Below are positions 32,502 through 43,500 of a stretch of 64,000 bases of DNA, in pieces. Source of the DNA: Pachysolen tannophilus NRRL Y-2460 (taxonomy: Eukaryota); contig KV454012.1 in assembly GCA_001661245.1 (NCBI GenBank), positions 1,198,848 through 1,262,847 on the forward strand, read 5' to 3'. Numbering within the stretch: position 1 is the stretch's first letter; every line of letters starts with the position of its first letter. The translations under genes were made by a program, and so were the position numbers. Under the pieces are notes generated by a model. That model saw nothing but the letters and a program-made list of their open reading frames with translations, made no database searches and had not been told where the DNA came from.

Positions 32502-34781
32502 TTAATCGTCATCATCAAAACAATACATTTTTACCTCTCCATTCTCAGAACCATAAGCAAATTTGGAATCACCAATTGCAACACAACAAACGCTATCAGT
32601 ATTACCACCAAAAGTGTGTATACACTTACCGTTCTGCAAATCCCAAACTTTAACTAATCTATCATGAGCACCGCTTACAATCCTAAAAGTATCTGCAGCA
32701 ATGGACCATACTCCTTGAATATGGCCAAACTGCGTTCTGATACATTTTCCAGTTTTCACATCCCACAACTTGATAGTATTATCCAACGATGAAGTAAGAA
32801 TATGTGTTGGATAATTTGGATTTGGTGGAAGCGATGGCTGCAGTTCATGATGGTTTTCGGGATTTGCAGGTGCTTCTCCAAGGCTATTCAGTTCATTTAG
32901 GCCGCGCAACACCACAGGTTGCGCACCTTGGGTATTTTGCAGTATTGAAATTCTATTACGGTCACGGCGCTGTTGTCTAGTCTGTTCTCTATCAGTATTA
33001 ATGTTGTTGGCTGCCATGTTGCTATTATTATTATTCATATTGTTATTATTGTTGACGCCATGTTCTCTAATTTCTTCACTTTCACTTTCATCAGTTGTGT
33101 CTTCAACAACTTCAGTTTTGATAGTCAAAGGGATGACACATTGAACCTGTCCAATGTGACCATTATTCTCAACACCTCCAAATATACGAAGACATTCGTT
33201 TGATTTTAAATCCCACATTCTTACTGTTGTATCATCCGATGCAGAAAATATAGTATTACTCTTATGATGAATCTTAACACTATTAACCCAGTCTGTGTGT
33301 CCTCTAAGCGTATAACAAGTTCTTGAATCAACATGCCAAACTTTTACTGTCTTATCAGCTGATCCACTTGCAATTGTTGTGTTATAAAAATCTACAGAGA
33401 CAACGCTATCTTCATGACCTCTATAAGTTGAGATGCATTGACCAGTATGGTAATTCCATACTTTTATAGTGGAATCCAATCCACCAGTAATTAATTTTTG
33501 ATCATCAAATGCTAATGTACGAACTCCTTTTGAATGTCCTGATAAAGTTCTTAATAATTCTCCTGTCTTAATATTCCATATTTTCACTGTTGTATCATAA
33601 GACCCAGTTATTAATACATCATTATTGAATTGTAAACAGGTGATACCATCTTCATGTCCATTAAAACATTTGACAGTATATATTCCTTTTCTCCAATTTC
33701 TTTCAACTTTAAATCTCTCACTATAAACTGCTTTCCAAGGTCTTTTCTTACGGACAATTTGTTGAGGTTGGTTTTGTTGATTATCTGATTTTGAAGATGA
33801 TGCATCTTCAGCAGTATCACCATCCTCAAGTTTCCGTTTCTTGCTGTTGCACTGGCTCATTGCTGCAGCATTATATTCCTTAGCTCTTTTCATGTGCATT
33901 AAAGGTAACCCCCATCCACAATTTGGGCATTTTCTATCAATATGTTGTTCACACATATAATGCCATACTCTATCATCATCAGCCAAACTTTTCCATCTCT
34001 GATTTACTTGTGCAGCATTACATAAGGAAGAACAATCCAAATAACACAAGATTTTTATAGAAAGTTCATATGGAAGATTTGAAATAAAATCAATTTTAAT
34101 TAATTTTGAAACTTCTTGTGATATTAATGATAATTGTGGGAAACAACATTGACTTAATAAACCTTGTAAAATTAAAGTTCTATGCTGACTTGGAGCAGCT
34201 CCAAAGATTGACCAACAATGTGAGATGGCTTCTTGATCATTTCTAGACAATTTCTCCAAGTTTTGTTGAATTTGAGTCATTTTTAATTCATCTGTTGATT
34301 TGTTACATTGAACATCGGGGTTATGCCTATAACAATATTTGTGGAAATTATCCTTCGGTATTAAATTTTGATCTGCTATATGTTTCACCAAGAAAGGAGT
34401 AACTATTGAAGTATCTTTACCTGAACCGCCACTGCTACTACTACTACCAATATCACTATTATTATTATTAGTACCAGTACTTACACTGGAAGTACCGGCG
34501 GCAAAGGAAGAGACAGAGGCGGCGGTAGCGCCGCTAGCGCTACCTCTGCTACCTCTGCTACCTCTGCTACCGCTGCCATTGCTAGCATCGTCACTGGTCT
34601 CATTCCCATGACCATCGCTCTCTAACTGATTACCCTGCGACATCGTGACTTTCACATCATTTTGAATCTTCTTATTTGCTGAAATGTCTCTTGTTACTGT
34701 AGTCGACACTCTACTACTAAGTAAAACTTTTTCCAAAGAATCTGAAGAAGAAGTTGGTCCACAAACTTCTTTTAAATTCAT
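32502..34781 (-). CDS. MET30: SCF F-box/WD40 substrate receptor Met30
   Basis: KYCYRHNPD, CCFPQLS, F-box IDFISNLPYELSIKILCYLD, MCEQHIDRKCPNCGWGLPL, followed by WD40 repeats. Confidence 0.95.
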   Translation of the reverse strand: MNLKEVCGPTSSSDSLEKVLLSSRVSTTVTRDISANKKIQNDVKVTMSQGNQLESDGHGNETSDDASNGSGSRGSRGSRGSASGATAASVSSFAAGTSSVSTGTNNNNSDIGSSSSSGGSGKDTSIVTPFLVKHIADQNLIPKDNFHKYCYRHNPDVQCNKSTDELKMTQIQQNLEKLSRNDQEAISHCWSIFGAAPSQHRTLILQGLLSQCCFPQLSLISQEVSKLIKIDFISNLPYELSIKILCYLDCSSLCNAAQVNQRWKSLADDDRVWHYMCEQHIDRKCPNCGWGLPLMHMKRAKEYNAAAMSQCNSKKRKLEDGDTAEDASSSKSDNQQNQPQQIVRKKRPWKAVYSERFKVERNWRKGIYTVKCFNGHEDGITCLQFNNDVLITGSYDTTVKIWNIKTGELLRTLSGHSKGVRTLAFDDQKLITGGLDSTIKVWNYHTGQCISTYRGHEDSVVSVDFYNTTIASGSADKTVKVWHVDSRTCYTLRGHTDWVNSVKIHHKSNTIFSASDDTTVRMWDLKSNECLRIFGGVENNGHIGQVQCVIPLTIKTEVVEDTTDESESEEIREHGVNNNNNMNNNNSNMAANNINTDREQTRQQRRDRNRISILQNTQGAQPVVLRGLNELNSLGEAPANPENHHELQPSLPPNPNYPTHILTSSLDNTIKLWDVKTGKCIRTQFGHIQGVWSIAADTFRIVSGAHDRLVKVWDLQNGKCIHTFGGNTDSVCCVAIGDSKFAYGSENGEVKMYCFDDDD

Positions 34782-35030
34782 ATTCCAAAACCCAATCTAT
34801 TTATTTAATTTATTTATTTATTTATTTCAATCAAGCAATTTATTACCACTTACCTATCCTTACTCTTTCCTCAATACAGATCCCCTATATTAATTTTCTA
34901 TTTCTAATTTTGAAATATTGTGACAACATATGATCAATCGATGATGCTATGGCGAAAAGAAAAAAAAAACACTGGCTTTTTTTTTTAAAAGAAAATAATA
35001 CATTTTAAGTAAAAAGAAAAAAAAAGAAAT

Positions 35031-35348
35031 GACGCCACACTTTCCTTAAAAGAAAGAAAAAAAAAAAAAAAATTTTTTTTTTTTTTGTTTTTGTTTTTTG
35101 TTTACTTTAACCAGCCACCAATGCTTTCCGTAAAGGGAAATACCAGGAAACATAAGGGAACATCAGGAAACACCACAACACACTCCTGTTACGTACACCT
35201 TTTGTGGACCATGTGGCGTGTATAATTTTTTTTTTTTTTTTACTTTTTTGTTAGACAAGCAAGCCACAAAGACCAAATTAGAATAGTATGGCTAATTAGT
35301 TTTTTCTCTCTTCTTTTTCACTTCTTCTTTAGGAGTAAATGTGGCGTC
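35031..35348. promoter_or_regulatory. Cluster of TGTGGC(G)/GCCACA motifs upstream of MET30 (Met31/Met32-type sites)
   Basis: GACGCCACAC 35031, ATGTGGCGTG 35211, AAGCCACA 35261, ATGTGGCGTC 35339. Confidence 0.6.
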
Positions 35349-36266
35349 TACGTCAAGGAAAATTTATAAAATAATTTTAAAATAATTAATTAAAGAGAAA
35401 TCTGATCTGGGGTATTTTAAGCAGATAATTTCTCTTCTCTGCAAGATGGTCATTTCACCGAAACAGAGTCCGAAATTACATCAAAAAAGGCAAAAAGTGA
35501 AAAACAAAAAACAAAAAAAAAAAAAAAATCAAGCACTTAACAAAGTATTTCCGTAAAGAATTTACTACATTTACCAATGTATCAGTGTGATAGCGAGCCC
35601 ATGGGTCATTCAAAACCTAATTTAACAATTTTTAATAAATTATATTAATTCAATTTGAGACCATACTTATCTTTCTTCTTAAAGATATAGATACACATGG
35701 GGGAAAATTCCTTTTGTTTTTCTTCTCTTTCATTTTTTATGTAATTTATTTTTTTATTATGGTCGTGTGCTGGAATTACAATTTGAATAACTGGGCCTTC
35801 TCGTGAGCGCGCGCGCGCCTTCATTTCAACTCCAATTTCTCCTCTTTTTTTCTATTTTTCCTTAACATTTTTTCCCCTGGTGGTCCTGTATAATAAGGAA
35901 TTAACCGCCAATTGTTTTATTTTTATATTTTTATTTATTTATATTTATAATTAATAGTAGTTAGATATTACATGTTTGTTTTTATTGGATTAAAAATATA
36001 AACCATAAGGGCGCTAGAGAGAGGGTTATAGTTTAGAAGAAGCGCCATATAGAGTGCGAATTTTAAGTATAACAAAAAGACGAAAAAGAGGGAAAAGAGA
36101 AGGAAAAAAAAGATATATATATATATATATATATATTTGAATATATATCGAGCGAGATATAGTTTATTCAAGGTGAGTGCGTTTTAAATACGTGCTTCAT
36201 CTTTTGTATGAGCGGTTGTGGGTTTTTTCAATTTTCATTAAAGATATTTGTATTATTTTTTGTTTG

Positions 36267-38945
36267 ATGGTTGAAATGTCTAGTACGACAAGTAATACAG
36301 AATATAACGATTCAGCTGTTTTTCTTCAAAATTCGTCTCTAGTATATCCGATATCATGTGTTGAATGTAGAAGAAGAAAAATTAAATGTTGTAAAAGGTA
36401 TCCATGTAAACAATGTGTTAAAAGATCAATAAAATGTGAATTTCCAGAAAAATTTAGATCGATTGAAATTGGGGATATTATTAATAATGAAATTAGTAGA
36501 GATCCAAATATTATATCACCATTAAGTACTTCAGGTTCAAATATTTTATCTTCAACTATATCTGTTAATTTAGCAAAAGAAAATGAATCTTTAAAACTGA
36601 AAATTTCAAATTTAGAATCAAGATTGGAAAATATTAATTTTTTCAATAATAAAAGATTACTAAATAATAATAATAATAATAATAACTTACATGATGGTGA
36701 TGAAGATTTATATGAAGATATAGAATATAATGATTCAGAATTATCAAAGGAAAAATATTATGGTCCAAACTCTGCAATTTTTATGGTTAAATCAACTCTG
36801 GATGCTAAAAATTTGGAATTTGATCAATTTATAAAAGTTAAAACTGAATTAAAACATAAAAGAGAATTACCAATGTTATTAACGCCTGAAAATAATAATA
36901 ATAATAATAATAATAATAATTCATCATTTATAACAGATAATGAAAATCTTAAAATGTCAAATTTTTCATTAATTTGTCAATTGGTTTCAATTTTTTTCCA
37001 ATTAAGAAATTATTGTAATAATTTTATAAATGAAAAAGATGTATTTAATTTCTTACATAATTATGCTACGATTAAGAATTGGTCAAATGATGATGATTTA
37101 TTATTATTAATTATGATCATAGTTACAACTTTGAGAAGTATGAGAAGAGATGACCCTTTATTGGTTGAATATAATTTAAAATTCGAAGTTATAAATAGTA
37201 GATTAATGAAACAATTTGAACATTTAAAAAATGGTATTAGAAATGAAACTATAAGATCATTACAATCTTATGTCTTGGCATGTGAACATTATTATTATTA
37301 TTCTCAAGCTGAAAAATCATGGAACATGTTATTTCATACAGTAGCAAATGCATATTCTTTAGGATTACATGTTTATGATAAAGAAATTGAAATTTCTTTG
37401 AAAAATACTAAAAAAAATACTTTAAAAGTTATCCAAAATGATCCACGTACCTCATTATGGTTAACTATTAATTTCATAAGTTCTGTCTTGTGTTCAGTTG
37501 TTGGAAGACCAAATCCAGTTACTTTCACTTTTCAACCTTTAATAAAAAATCTTGATATAAAATTGAATTATAAAATAGCAATAAGTGAATTAATTAAAAA
37601 ATCAACGAAAATTTTAATTGAAAGTTATAAAGTTACTATAGATTATAAAAAAATAATGGAAATTGATGAACAATTTGAATCAGAAATAGAAATTTATAAT
37701 AAATTAATTTTAGATAATGCTGAAGAAAGACAACGTTTACAAGAATTAGAATTAGAAAAATTGAGGTATAGAACTAAGAGGCAACATTTAGATCATAATA
37801 ATAATAATCAAAGACAACCCACAAAAGCTATTAAACTGGAAAATCAAACTGATAATTCACTGAAAACTTATAGACATAATCAGGCAAATGATTTTAATTA
37901 TATTTTGAATAACGAAAAAGATTCAAAATTTTCTTCAATGGATTCATTATCATCTTCCGGAAACTCTCTGTCTTCATTTACAGAAAAATTTTCATTATTA
38001 GATACTGATTGTGAAACATATTGTGATTTGCTTTTATGTTATGCCAATAGATCTAAATTTCATCAACCTTTTATGTCAACTTATCAAACTTCAACAAAAA
38101 TTTTGTTAAATTCTGTTTTAAAAGTTTGCCATTATGCGATATTATTAATTAAGACATTACAGAAAAAAATTAATAATGTAAATTTTCTGGCCATATATCC
38201 ATTTTTTTATTGTTTTCTTTACCAATCTTTTATTGTATTTTACACTTTTTTACATTTAGATTTTGAAAATATTTTATGTTTTTATAAATTTGAAATCTTG
38301 GAGATTTCACAACACTTGGATCAATTGTACAAGTTGATTGACGATTTTTATTGGAAGCAGAATGCAATTAGAATCATCAAAAAGATTAAAGAGTTGGTTA
38401 ATAAGTTCAAGAGACAATATGAAAAATGGATCAAAGAAAGTAATACTGGAAATTTATATCCAATTTCATCAAACCAAAATTTGGCTAATTTAGCAAATGC
38501 TAACAAGAGTGTTGAATCACAATCTACACCAGTTTCACCTTTTGCAAATAATGGCTGTGACAGTCATAGCAATAGCAATAGAAACTTGAAATCTTTGTTT
38601 CCGGAAATATCAGAAAGAGAGAGCAGTATTAGAGTATCTAATGGTAGTGCTAATAACGTTAATGTCGGCTCTAACGTCAATGCCAATAACAACAATTTGT
38701 TCGGAATAGATACCAATACATTTCAATGGGATAAAACTTTATTTGACAATTTTACAGTGGATCCTGTATTAGGATTTGATTTAAATGATCCATTTTTCAT
38801 TTCAAACCCAGAAGGAGGTATACCAAACGATTATTTTGGAAACAATCGACTTAGTGATGGAAGCATTTCTCGTGGCTCAATAGAAGCTATGACTAGCACT
38901 GAAAATGTTAATGACACCAAAAAAACCTTAAAACGACAACGATAA
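36267..38945 (+). CDS. Zn(II)2Cys6 transcription factor with a fungal TF middle-homology region
   Basis: CVECRRRKIKCCKRYPCKQCVKRSIKC, coiled coil, YYGPNS, AYSLGLH. ATG at 36267 or 36276 (the track starts at GTG). Confidence 0.88.
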   Translation: MVEMSSTTSNTEYNDSAVFLQNSSLVYPISCVECRRRKIKCCKRYPCKQCVKRSIKCEFPEKFRSIEIGDIINNEISRDPNIISPLSTSGSNILSSTISVNLAKENESLKLKISNLESRLENINFFNNKRLLNNNNNNNNLHDGDEDLYEDIEYNDSELSKEKYYGPNSAIFMVKSTLDAKNLEFDQFIKVKTELKHKRELPMLLTPENNNNNNNNNNSSFITDNENLKMSNFSLICQLVSIFFQLRNYCNNFINEKDVFNFLHNYATIKNWSNDDDLLLLIMIIVTTLRSMRRDDPLLVEYNLKFEVINSRLMKQFEHLKNGIRNETIRSLQSYVLACEHYYYYSQAEKSWNMLFHTVANAYSLGLHVYDKEIEISLKNTKKNTLKVIQNDPRTSLWLTINFISSVLCSVVGRPNPVTFTFQPLIKNLDIKLNYKIAISELIKKSTKILIESYKVTIDYKKIMEIDEQFESEIEIYNKLILDNAEERQRLQELELEKLRYRTKRQHLDHNNNNQRQPTKAIKLENQTDNSLKTYRHNQANDFNYILNNEKDSKFSSMDSLSSSGNSLSSFTEKFSLLDTDCETYCDLLLCYANRSKFHQPFMSTYQTSTKILLNSVLKVCHYAILLIKTLQKKINNVNFLAIYPFFYCFLYQSFIVFYTFLHLDFENILCFYKFEILEISQHLDQLYKLIDDFYWKQNAIRIIKKIKELVNKFKRQYEKWIKESNTGNLYPISSNQNLANLANANKSVESQSTPVSPFANNGCDSHSNSNRNLKSLFPEISERESSIRVSNGSANNVNVGSNVNANNNNLFGIDTNTFQWDKTLFDNFTVDPVLGFDLNDPFFISNPEGGIPNDYFGNNRLSDGSISRGSIEAMTSTENVNDTKKTLKRQR

Positions 38946-39240
38946 ACATCATATCACCAACAACTTTGGAAAACCTGGGTTTTTTATCTTTTAATTTATT
39001 TTATTGTTTTTTATATTTATTAGAAATAGGGGGTTTCCCCCTAAATTATGTTTTTTTTTCTTTGAGACATTCGTTTTTTACCTTTTTCCTTCCCTTCACA
39101 CACTATAGACATATTGTATAATTCTTTTTGTTTTCTTTTCCCTTTTGATTTTTTTTAGCTTCTAAAGTAGTGACGAATGAAACGTGATAATAATATTCCT
39201 ATGATTATTGATTATTTATTTAAAAACTTCATTAAAATTT

Positions 39241-39923
39241 TTTCTATTATTATTATTTTTATTGTTAACAATGACTGGTTTATGGTTATTCTCCTTTGTA
39301 TTATGTACATATTGACCCAACAACAAACTCAAAGTTTCCAAATCAAATTTATTGAACTTTCCTGAACCTATTAAATTTTCCAAATATTTCTGTAGAGTAG
39401 TAATTAATGAAATATTATCAGAATTGTAATTTAATTTGGATTTTAAAGAACCATCAACCAATTTTCTAACAAGTTCTAAAGTTACAGGGAAAGATTTTTT
39501 TTTATCATTTAAAACACTTAGCTTGGAGTATACTTTAACAAAATTCCATATAGTTTCCCCATTGAATTGTAAATTTATCAAATTTACCCTTTTCACAAAT
39601 TCAAATACATATAATTTTAATATCTTGGAATTGGAAATAATATCAGGATTTATTGAACCTAGGGAAAAAATCTTAATAGATTCCTCCGCAGTTTCACCAA
39701 GATATGTTTTCAAAAATTCAAAAAGTTGTTGTTGAGACTTGACTGATAATTTTTCATCTCGAGATGCATATATGTCTATTAATTTTTGGAATAAAGTAAT
39801 ATAATACTCAATCAAATGAACCCAAATTACTGGATCTTTATCGATCAACGAAGACCTTAGTTTAAAAGGTGGATAAGCAACAATAGGAATATCACGAAAT
39901 ATTACACCCTGATCACCATTCAT
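39241..39923 (-). CDS. CUE3: CUE3 (RQT3/ASCC2-like) N-terminal half, in inverted orientation
   Basis: PIVAYPPFKLRSSLIDKDPVIWVHLIEYY, LGSINPDI, LVDGSLK and LIGSGKFNKFDL match the Cue3 N-terminus (PIVKFPPFKLRAQLIEKDPVVWLHLIETY...LIESGKFKRIDL). As it stands the frame stops at 39216. Confidence 0.9.
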
Positions 39924-40231
39924 TTCAGAAGATATAACCGACTATGAGCAAATCTTACTAAACCTAACTAGTAATGAACAATACTCATCCAAGATTAATT
40001 AAAACAATAAAGGAATTAAAAGAAAGAAAAAAAAAAAATTAAAGTTCTCAAGAATCAAAATTTTTGTACAAACCTCAAAAAAAAACCTGCCAAAAACTAT
40101 CAATAAGAACAAAGATATCAATGAAATCCAACTACCTTAGACCAATTCTCATTCTTATTTATTTGTTAATTAACGTTGGCTTTAACTAGATGATCTGTCT
40201 GTTATTAATCCAAATAACAAAAAAAAAAAAT

Positions 40232-40304
40232 TGCCTTCAGCCAGATTCGAACTGACGATCTCCTCATTACTAGTGAGGTGCCTTACCAACTTGGCCATAA
40301 AGGC
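40232..40304 (-). tRNA. tRNA-Thr(AGT)
   Basis: GCCTTTATGGCCAAGTTGGTAAGGCACCTCACT-AGT-AATGAGGAGATCGTCAGTTCGAATCTGGCTGAAGGCA. Has a cloverleaf fold, A and B boxes and a downstream poly(T) terminator. Confidence 0.96.
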
Positions 40305-40409
40305 TATTAATTTTTAGCGAAACTGATGATACTTATTTCACGTCTTTAGAGCATAGGATCCACAACTCTTGCCAATACAATTTTGTTATCCATTTACATG
40401 TTTGAAAAA

Positions 40410-41837
40410 AAAATTTTACCTTCTGCTTCTTATGAATTTTCTGGAAGATTTGTTAACGGAAAATGGTTTGAGATGCTAGAAGTGTTGTATAATAAGGGTA
40501 CAGGTGTTCATTCGAAACAGGTTTTCGAGATTGAAGTGATTTCAATATTATCATTACCCGTGGCCCAATTAAGTAAAGTGATTACCACAGATTTAAGAAT
40601 TGATAATTATTTAATGTTAATAAGACTTTATCCGCTTTTATGTAAAATTGTACTCTCCAAGAATTATCGATCGTTGAATCCAGGTTTGGAACAAAGGTTA
40701 CCATTTTTATCTAAGGAAGGAAGGAAATTGAAGCTGCTGCCAATCTTCGATACAAGTCATATTCAAATGGTGAGTGATTTGTTTCCACAGTTAAATACTT
40801 TGCAGATTAAAAAATTATTAGTTGATTGTGATAATAATATTGAAGTCGTCACTAATAAATTATTAGAAATGAGCGAGGAAAAGATACTGAACTTGGAAGA
40901 ATATAAAGAAATTCAAAATCCTTACTCCTCATCAAATAAGAGAACTGTATTTGATGGCGATGAAATATCGCAATTGAAATTGGACGACTCAAGAGTTTAT
41001 CTTGGTAAAAAGAATAAAATTGTTCATCCTACTGGTGATTTAGATAAAACTTCTGCTGCTGATTTGAAAAAGAAAACTTTAACTGCAGCATTAAGATTAC
41101 TATATGAATCAGACGAAGATGAACCTGATGATACTTACTTGGATCAAGAAAAGACATTTGGAGAGGCTCAATCAGCAGGAAAGAAACTTGAAATTGACTT
41201 GGAAAATGAAGAGTTAGAAGAAGAATTAGAGGATAGATCTTCTACTGTCAAGAAAATACCAACTAACCAAATGGATATGATTGAGCATAGACTATTCGCA
41301 GTTTTCAAGAAATCTCCTGAATTATTTGAGAAATCTGCAAGAAAATCGAAAAATAGGCAATTAATGAAGCAAGAAACAGGTTGGACTGATGAACAGATTG
41401 AGGGTTGGTACAGAATGTTATTTAAATCACCAAAGCGTTTTAAATTATTAGATGAGTATTATAATTTTGGAGGTGGTCCAAATGGTATTGGAAATCCGAA
41501 CAGAGGTACTTTGAAACCTAGCAGTTACAGGAAATCAAGGCGCGAAGAAGAAGAAGAAAAAGAGGAAGAAGAATCTAACACGGAGGATGATGACAAAAGT
41601 ACTACAGAAAGTAATAAGAATAACAGGTTTAATAATAATGGTAATAAGCATGAGCTGAAAATTATTTCTAATGTTAAAAAGGGAGATACGGATAATAGCA
41701 AGGAAGATGGTAAATCAAACGTTTCTGAGAAAAGTTCGAAGATCAAGCGTGCTAGAGATAATAAAAATAAGGCTAAAAAGGCTAATCATAATAGAAAACT
41801 GGGCCATGATAGAAAAATGGCTCAAGGGTTTTCGTAG
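40410..41837 (+). CDS. CUE3: CUE3 C-terminal half, including the CUE ubiquitin-binding domain
   Basis: FVNGKWFEMLEVLYNKG, CUE domain DLFPQLNTLQIKKLLVDCDNNIEVVTNKLLE, ALRLLYESDEDEPDDTY, TGWTDEQIEGWYRML, ANHNRK.GHDRK. The homology alignment continues from where the minus-strand half ends. Confidence 0.92.
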   Translation, partial: KILPSASYEFSGRFVNGKWFEMLEVLYNKGTGVHSKQVFEIEVISILSLPVAQLSKVITTDLRIDNYLMLIRLYPLLCKIVLSKNYRSLNPGLEQRLPFLSKEGRKLKLLPIFDTSHIQMVSDLFPQLNTLQIKKLLVDCDNNIEVVTNKLLEMSEEKILNLEEYKEIQNPYSSSNKRTVFDGDEISQLKLDDSRVYLGKKNKIVHPTGDLDKTSAADLKKKTLTAALRLLYESDEDEPDDTYLDQEKTFGEAQSAGKKLEIDLENEELEEELEDRSSTVKKIPTNQMDMIEHRLFAVFKKSPELFEKSARKSKNRQLMKQETGWTDEQIEGWYRMLFKSPKRFKLLDEYYNFGGGPNGIGNPNRGTLKPSSYRKSRREEEEEKEEEESNTEDDDKSTTESNKNNRFNNNGNKHELKIISNVKKGDTDNSKEDGKSNVSEKSSKIKRARDNKNKAKKANHNRKLGHDRKMAQGFS

Positions 41838-41959
41838 ATAATTAACTATCTTTTTTTTTTTTTTTTTTTTTGTGGTGTTTATGTATACTTATTTTATAAA
41901 GGCTGTAAATATAGAACTTAATCATTTTATTTATTTCTATTAAATTTTTTTTTGGAGAT

Positions 41960-43141
41960 TCATCTCCTTTTCTTATTGCTTCTTGTGTTCTTTTCTGTTT
42001 TTGCTTCTAATTCGTTCCACAAGGCTTCTTCTTCTTCTTTTTCTTGAGCTTCAGTATATACTCTTTTTTTCTTACGTTCATTTTTATCTTTTGTTGTAGT
42101 TTCTTCTTCTTCCATATCTTGCTCATCATCTAACATCATTACACAACTTATTTGTGAACCAATATAAATTTTAGCTATTTGTTCTCTTGAATCTAAATCA
42201 AATACTCTAACATATCTATCTAAACCACCTGTAACTAATAAATTCCCTTCGAGGTAAGAGTTCAATGACTGTATGGAACCAACAGCTCCTTTGTATTTAC
42301 CAATTAATTTCCCATTGGAGATATCAAATTTTGCTGTAGTTACATGAGTATCTGAACAAATAATTTCATTTGGATTATCTGTTCGTGAAAGTGTTAACAA
42401 AGGTTTTTCTGAAACTTTGAAATCAGCTATTGGTTTCCTACCATGTGAAGTATCATATTTTCTAATTTGTCCATATCTTGTAGCTGTTATCAACTTATAA
42501 GTATCACCAGTTACTGTTATATCTATGAACATTATTTTCGAAATCCAAATTGGTACTCGAAGATCTAATTTATCATTTTTAACATTTTTACCTTGAAATA
42601 TTATTTTTAATTCAAATTCACTATCATCATTTTTTTTAGGTATTAAAGAGATGATCTTCAAATCATTTTCTTGACCACCATATGCAAAGATATTCTTCTG
42701 TAAAGGATGAGCAATAAAAGCACAAACAGGACTTTTCACTGAATAATTTTTTTGTTTTTTATTCAAATCTTCAGGATCTATTATAGTTATTTTCCCACCT
42801 TGCGTGCATGAATAAATTAAACCAAACGATTCAAATAAACTAATGAAAACATCTTCTTTATTAGCAAAGCAACCCACAAATTCTTTAACAACCAAATAAT
42901 CCTCAACTTCTTTATCCCCCTGAACTGAATTATCATAAAAACAAATCTTACCATCCGATCTTGCACATATTATATAATTTTGATAAATGATAAAGTTTTG
43001 GATTTTACATAAACGAGTTTCCACACAATGTGTTTTAATTGAATCAGGTTGAGTAGCTTTCTGAGAAGAAGTATCAGTACCCCTCTTACATATAATCTCC
43101 TTCAAAGACCCAGAGTCATCTGCTGCTGCCAATATCCTCAT
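41960..43141 (-). CDS. NSA1: Pre-60S WD40 factor Nsa1/WDR74
   Basis: MRILAAADDSGSLKEI..GTDTS, AYGGQENDL, GKNVKNDKLDLRVPIWI, YDTSHGRKP, GGLDRYVRVFD. Confidence 0.93.
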   Translation of the reverse strand: MRILAAADDSGSLKEIICKRGTDTSSQKATQPDSIKTHCVETRLCKIQNFIIYQNYIICARSDGKICFYDNSVQGDKEVEDYLVVKEFVGCFANKEDVFISLFESFGLIYSCTQGGKITIIDPEDLNKKQKNYSVKSPVCAFIAHPLQKNIFAYGGQENDLKIISLIPKKNDDSEFELKIIFQGKNVKNDKLDLRVPIWISKIMFIDITVTGDTYKLITATRYGQIRKYDTSHGRKPIADFKVSEKPLLTLSRTDNPNEIICSDTHVTTAKFDISNGKLIGKYKGAVGSIQSLNSYLEGNLLVTGGLDRYVRVFDLDSREQIAKIYIGSQISCVMMLDDEQDMEEEETTTKDKNERKKKRVYTEAQEKEEEEALWNELEAKTEKNTRSNKKRR

Positions 43142-43500
43142 CTCCAACTGATTTTCTTCAAATTGATAAAAAACTGATATACTACTACTACTACTCTTTC
43201 ATCTAGAGCTCCAGATAGTACCACACAAAAAATTTTTACTCATTGCATGAAAACTTTTCATTAAAAAATTACACGACTTTAAACTCATTGAATAATACCA
43301 CAAAACTGTTGTGTTGATAATTGATTTTAGTTTTTCAGCGGGACAATAAGATGGGAGTTTTTTAAATGGCAATGGCAATGGTCTAGGATTAACAGAAAAA
43401 CATTTCTTTCTTTCTTTCTTTTTGGTGCTGCTATTTTCTAAATATAAATGGTGGTGGTTCACGACTTAGATCCATAAAATCAAAACAGCCTTTTGATCTT

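Noticed and set aside
36172..36283. Possible 5' intron starting GTGAGT upstream of the first Zn2Cys6 gene
   Set aside because: No CTAAC-type branch point was found before the candidate acceptor.
39216..40440. Trans-splicing as a rescue for the split CUE3
   Set aside because: There is no donor after the N-terminal half and no branch point or acceptor before the C-terminal half. The break is inside coding sequence.
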